Assembly: GCF_003918875.1 (NCBI RefSeq)
Contig: NW_025766980.1
Location: forward strand, 2,418,001 to 2,482,000
Source: Haliotis rubra
Taxonomy: Eukaryota
DNA length: 64,000 bases
Direction: 5' to 3'
Shown: in pieces, positions 63,401 to 64,000 of the stretch
Layout: each line of letters opens with the position of its first letter
Numbering within the stretch: the stretch's first letter is position 1
The notes under the pieces: model-generated
Seen by the model: only the letters and a program-made list of their open reading frames with translations
Told to the model about the DNA's origin: nothing
The model's database searches: none
Translations under genes and position numbers: made by a program

Positions 63401-64000
63401 AACGTCCTAGCATAACTGTCCAGGATCAGATAATGATTTGCTAGGCACTCAATAGGGATTTTAAAAGCTTTCGTAATAGACAGTTTTTAAGATGGAAAGG
63501 GCAGTCAGTGAGATTGCATGGTTTGCAGTATTACTTGGAAAAACTTAAAGGTACATGTCCAAACTTACAGAATAAACCATTTTCAAATTTTAATGCACCA
63601 AAATAAACCTACAGTGGGCACTGGTAGCCCAGTAGTCTCAGTGATTTGACCATGATGTGCTGGTTGGGAGTTCATTTCCCAGGCCAGCCCTGATCATAGT
63701 AATAAGCAGTCATAGCAATACATATTGGTATCGTCGTAGACACATACTGAACTGACAAATAAACAGTTCAAACTTCCTGTTTAGAAATGGGCTTCAGTAC
63801 CTCATGCCCAATAAAGGCAACAAGAAGACAAACTCATCAATATCCCCCTCAATGGCAAAATACTCTTCATGGTTATGTCTACGAGTTATGATTATGTCAA
63901 ATATTTAGGTGTGTATATAGAAAAGTGGAAGGAGAGTATTGAAAGGTTTTTAAAGTTCTGCTCCAGAAAGGAGCACTATCACCAATTTCAGTCTATGTCA

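Overview
Eukaryotic, AT-rich genomic DNA, not prokaryotic. The repeat landscape suggests a mollusc, probably a gastropod such as abalone (inference from recalled repeat families, not verified). The window holds the middle of one large minus-strand teneurin (Ten-m/Odz family) gene. I traced 18 phase-consistent coding exons from 36907 down to 1 (about 1,557 codons: juxtamembrane Ig-like region with an RSKR furin site, 8 EGF repeats, Cys-rich/TTR/FN-plug region, NHL beta-propeller, start of the YD shell), plus a probable post-transmembrane exon at 41951-42069. The intracellular/TM exons and the C-terminal toxin-like/TCAP exons appear to lie outside the window. Introns carry two clear tRNA-derived SINE families with about 13-bp target-site duplications (TSDs), a probable third SINE, an older dispersed repeat, two MITEs and several minisatellites. 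Most interesting points: (1) a promoter-like RFX/E2F/CCAAT/CRE cluster in a YD-region intron, next to an in-frame 27-nt exon with a strong-Kozak ATG (possible short C-terminal teneurin isoform or microexon); (2) a GC-AG intron; (3) a phase conflict at the post-TM exon that tandem acceptors could resolve; (4) an apparently missing NHL beta-strand; (5) a composite SINE carrying three copies of the 30-nt flank of a neighbouring SINE; (6) a hAT-like MITE with a 6-bp TSD.
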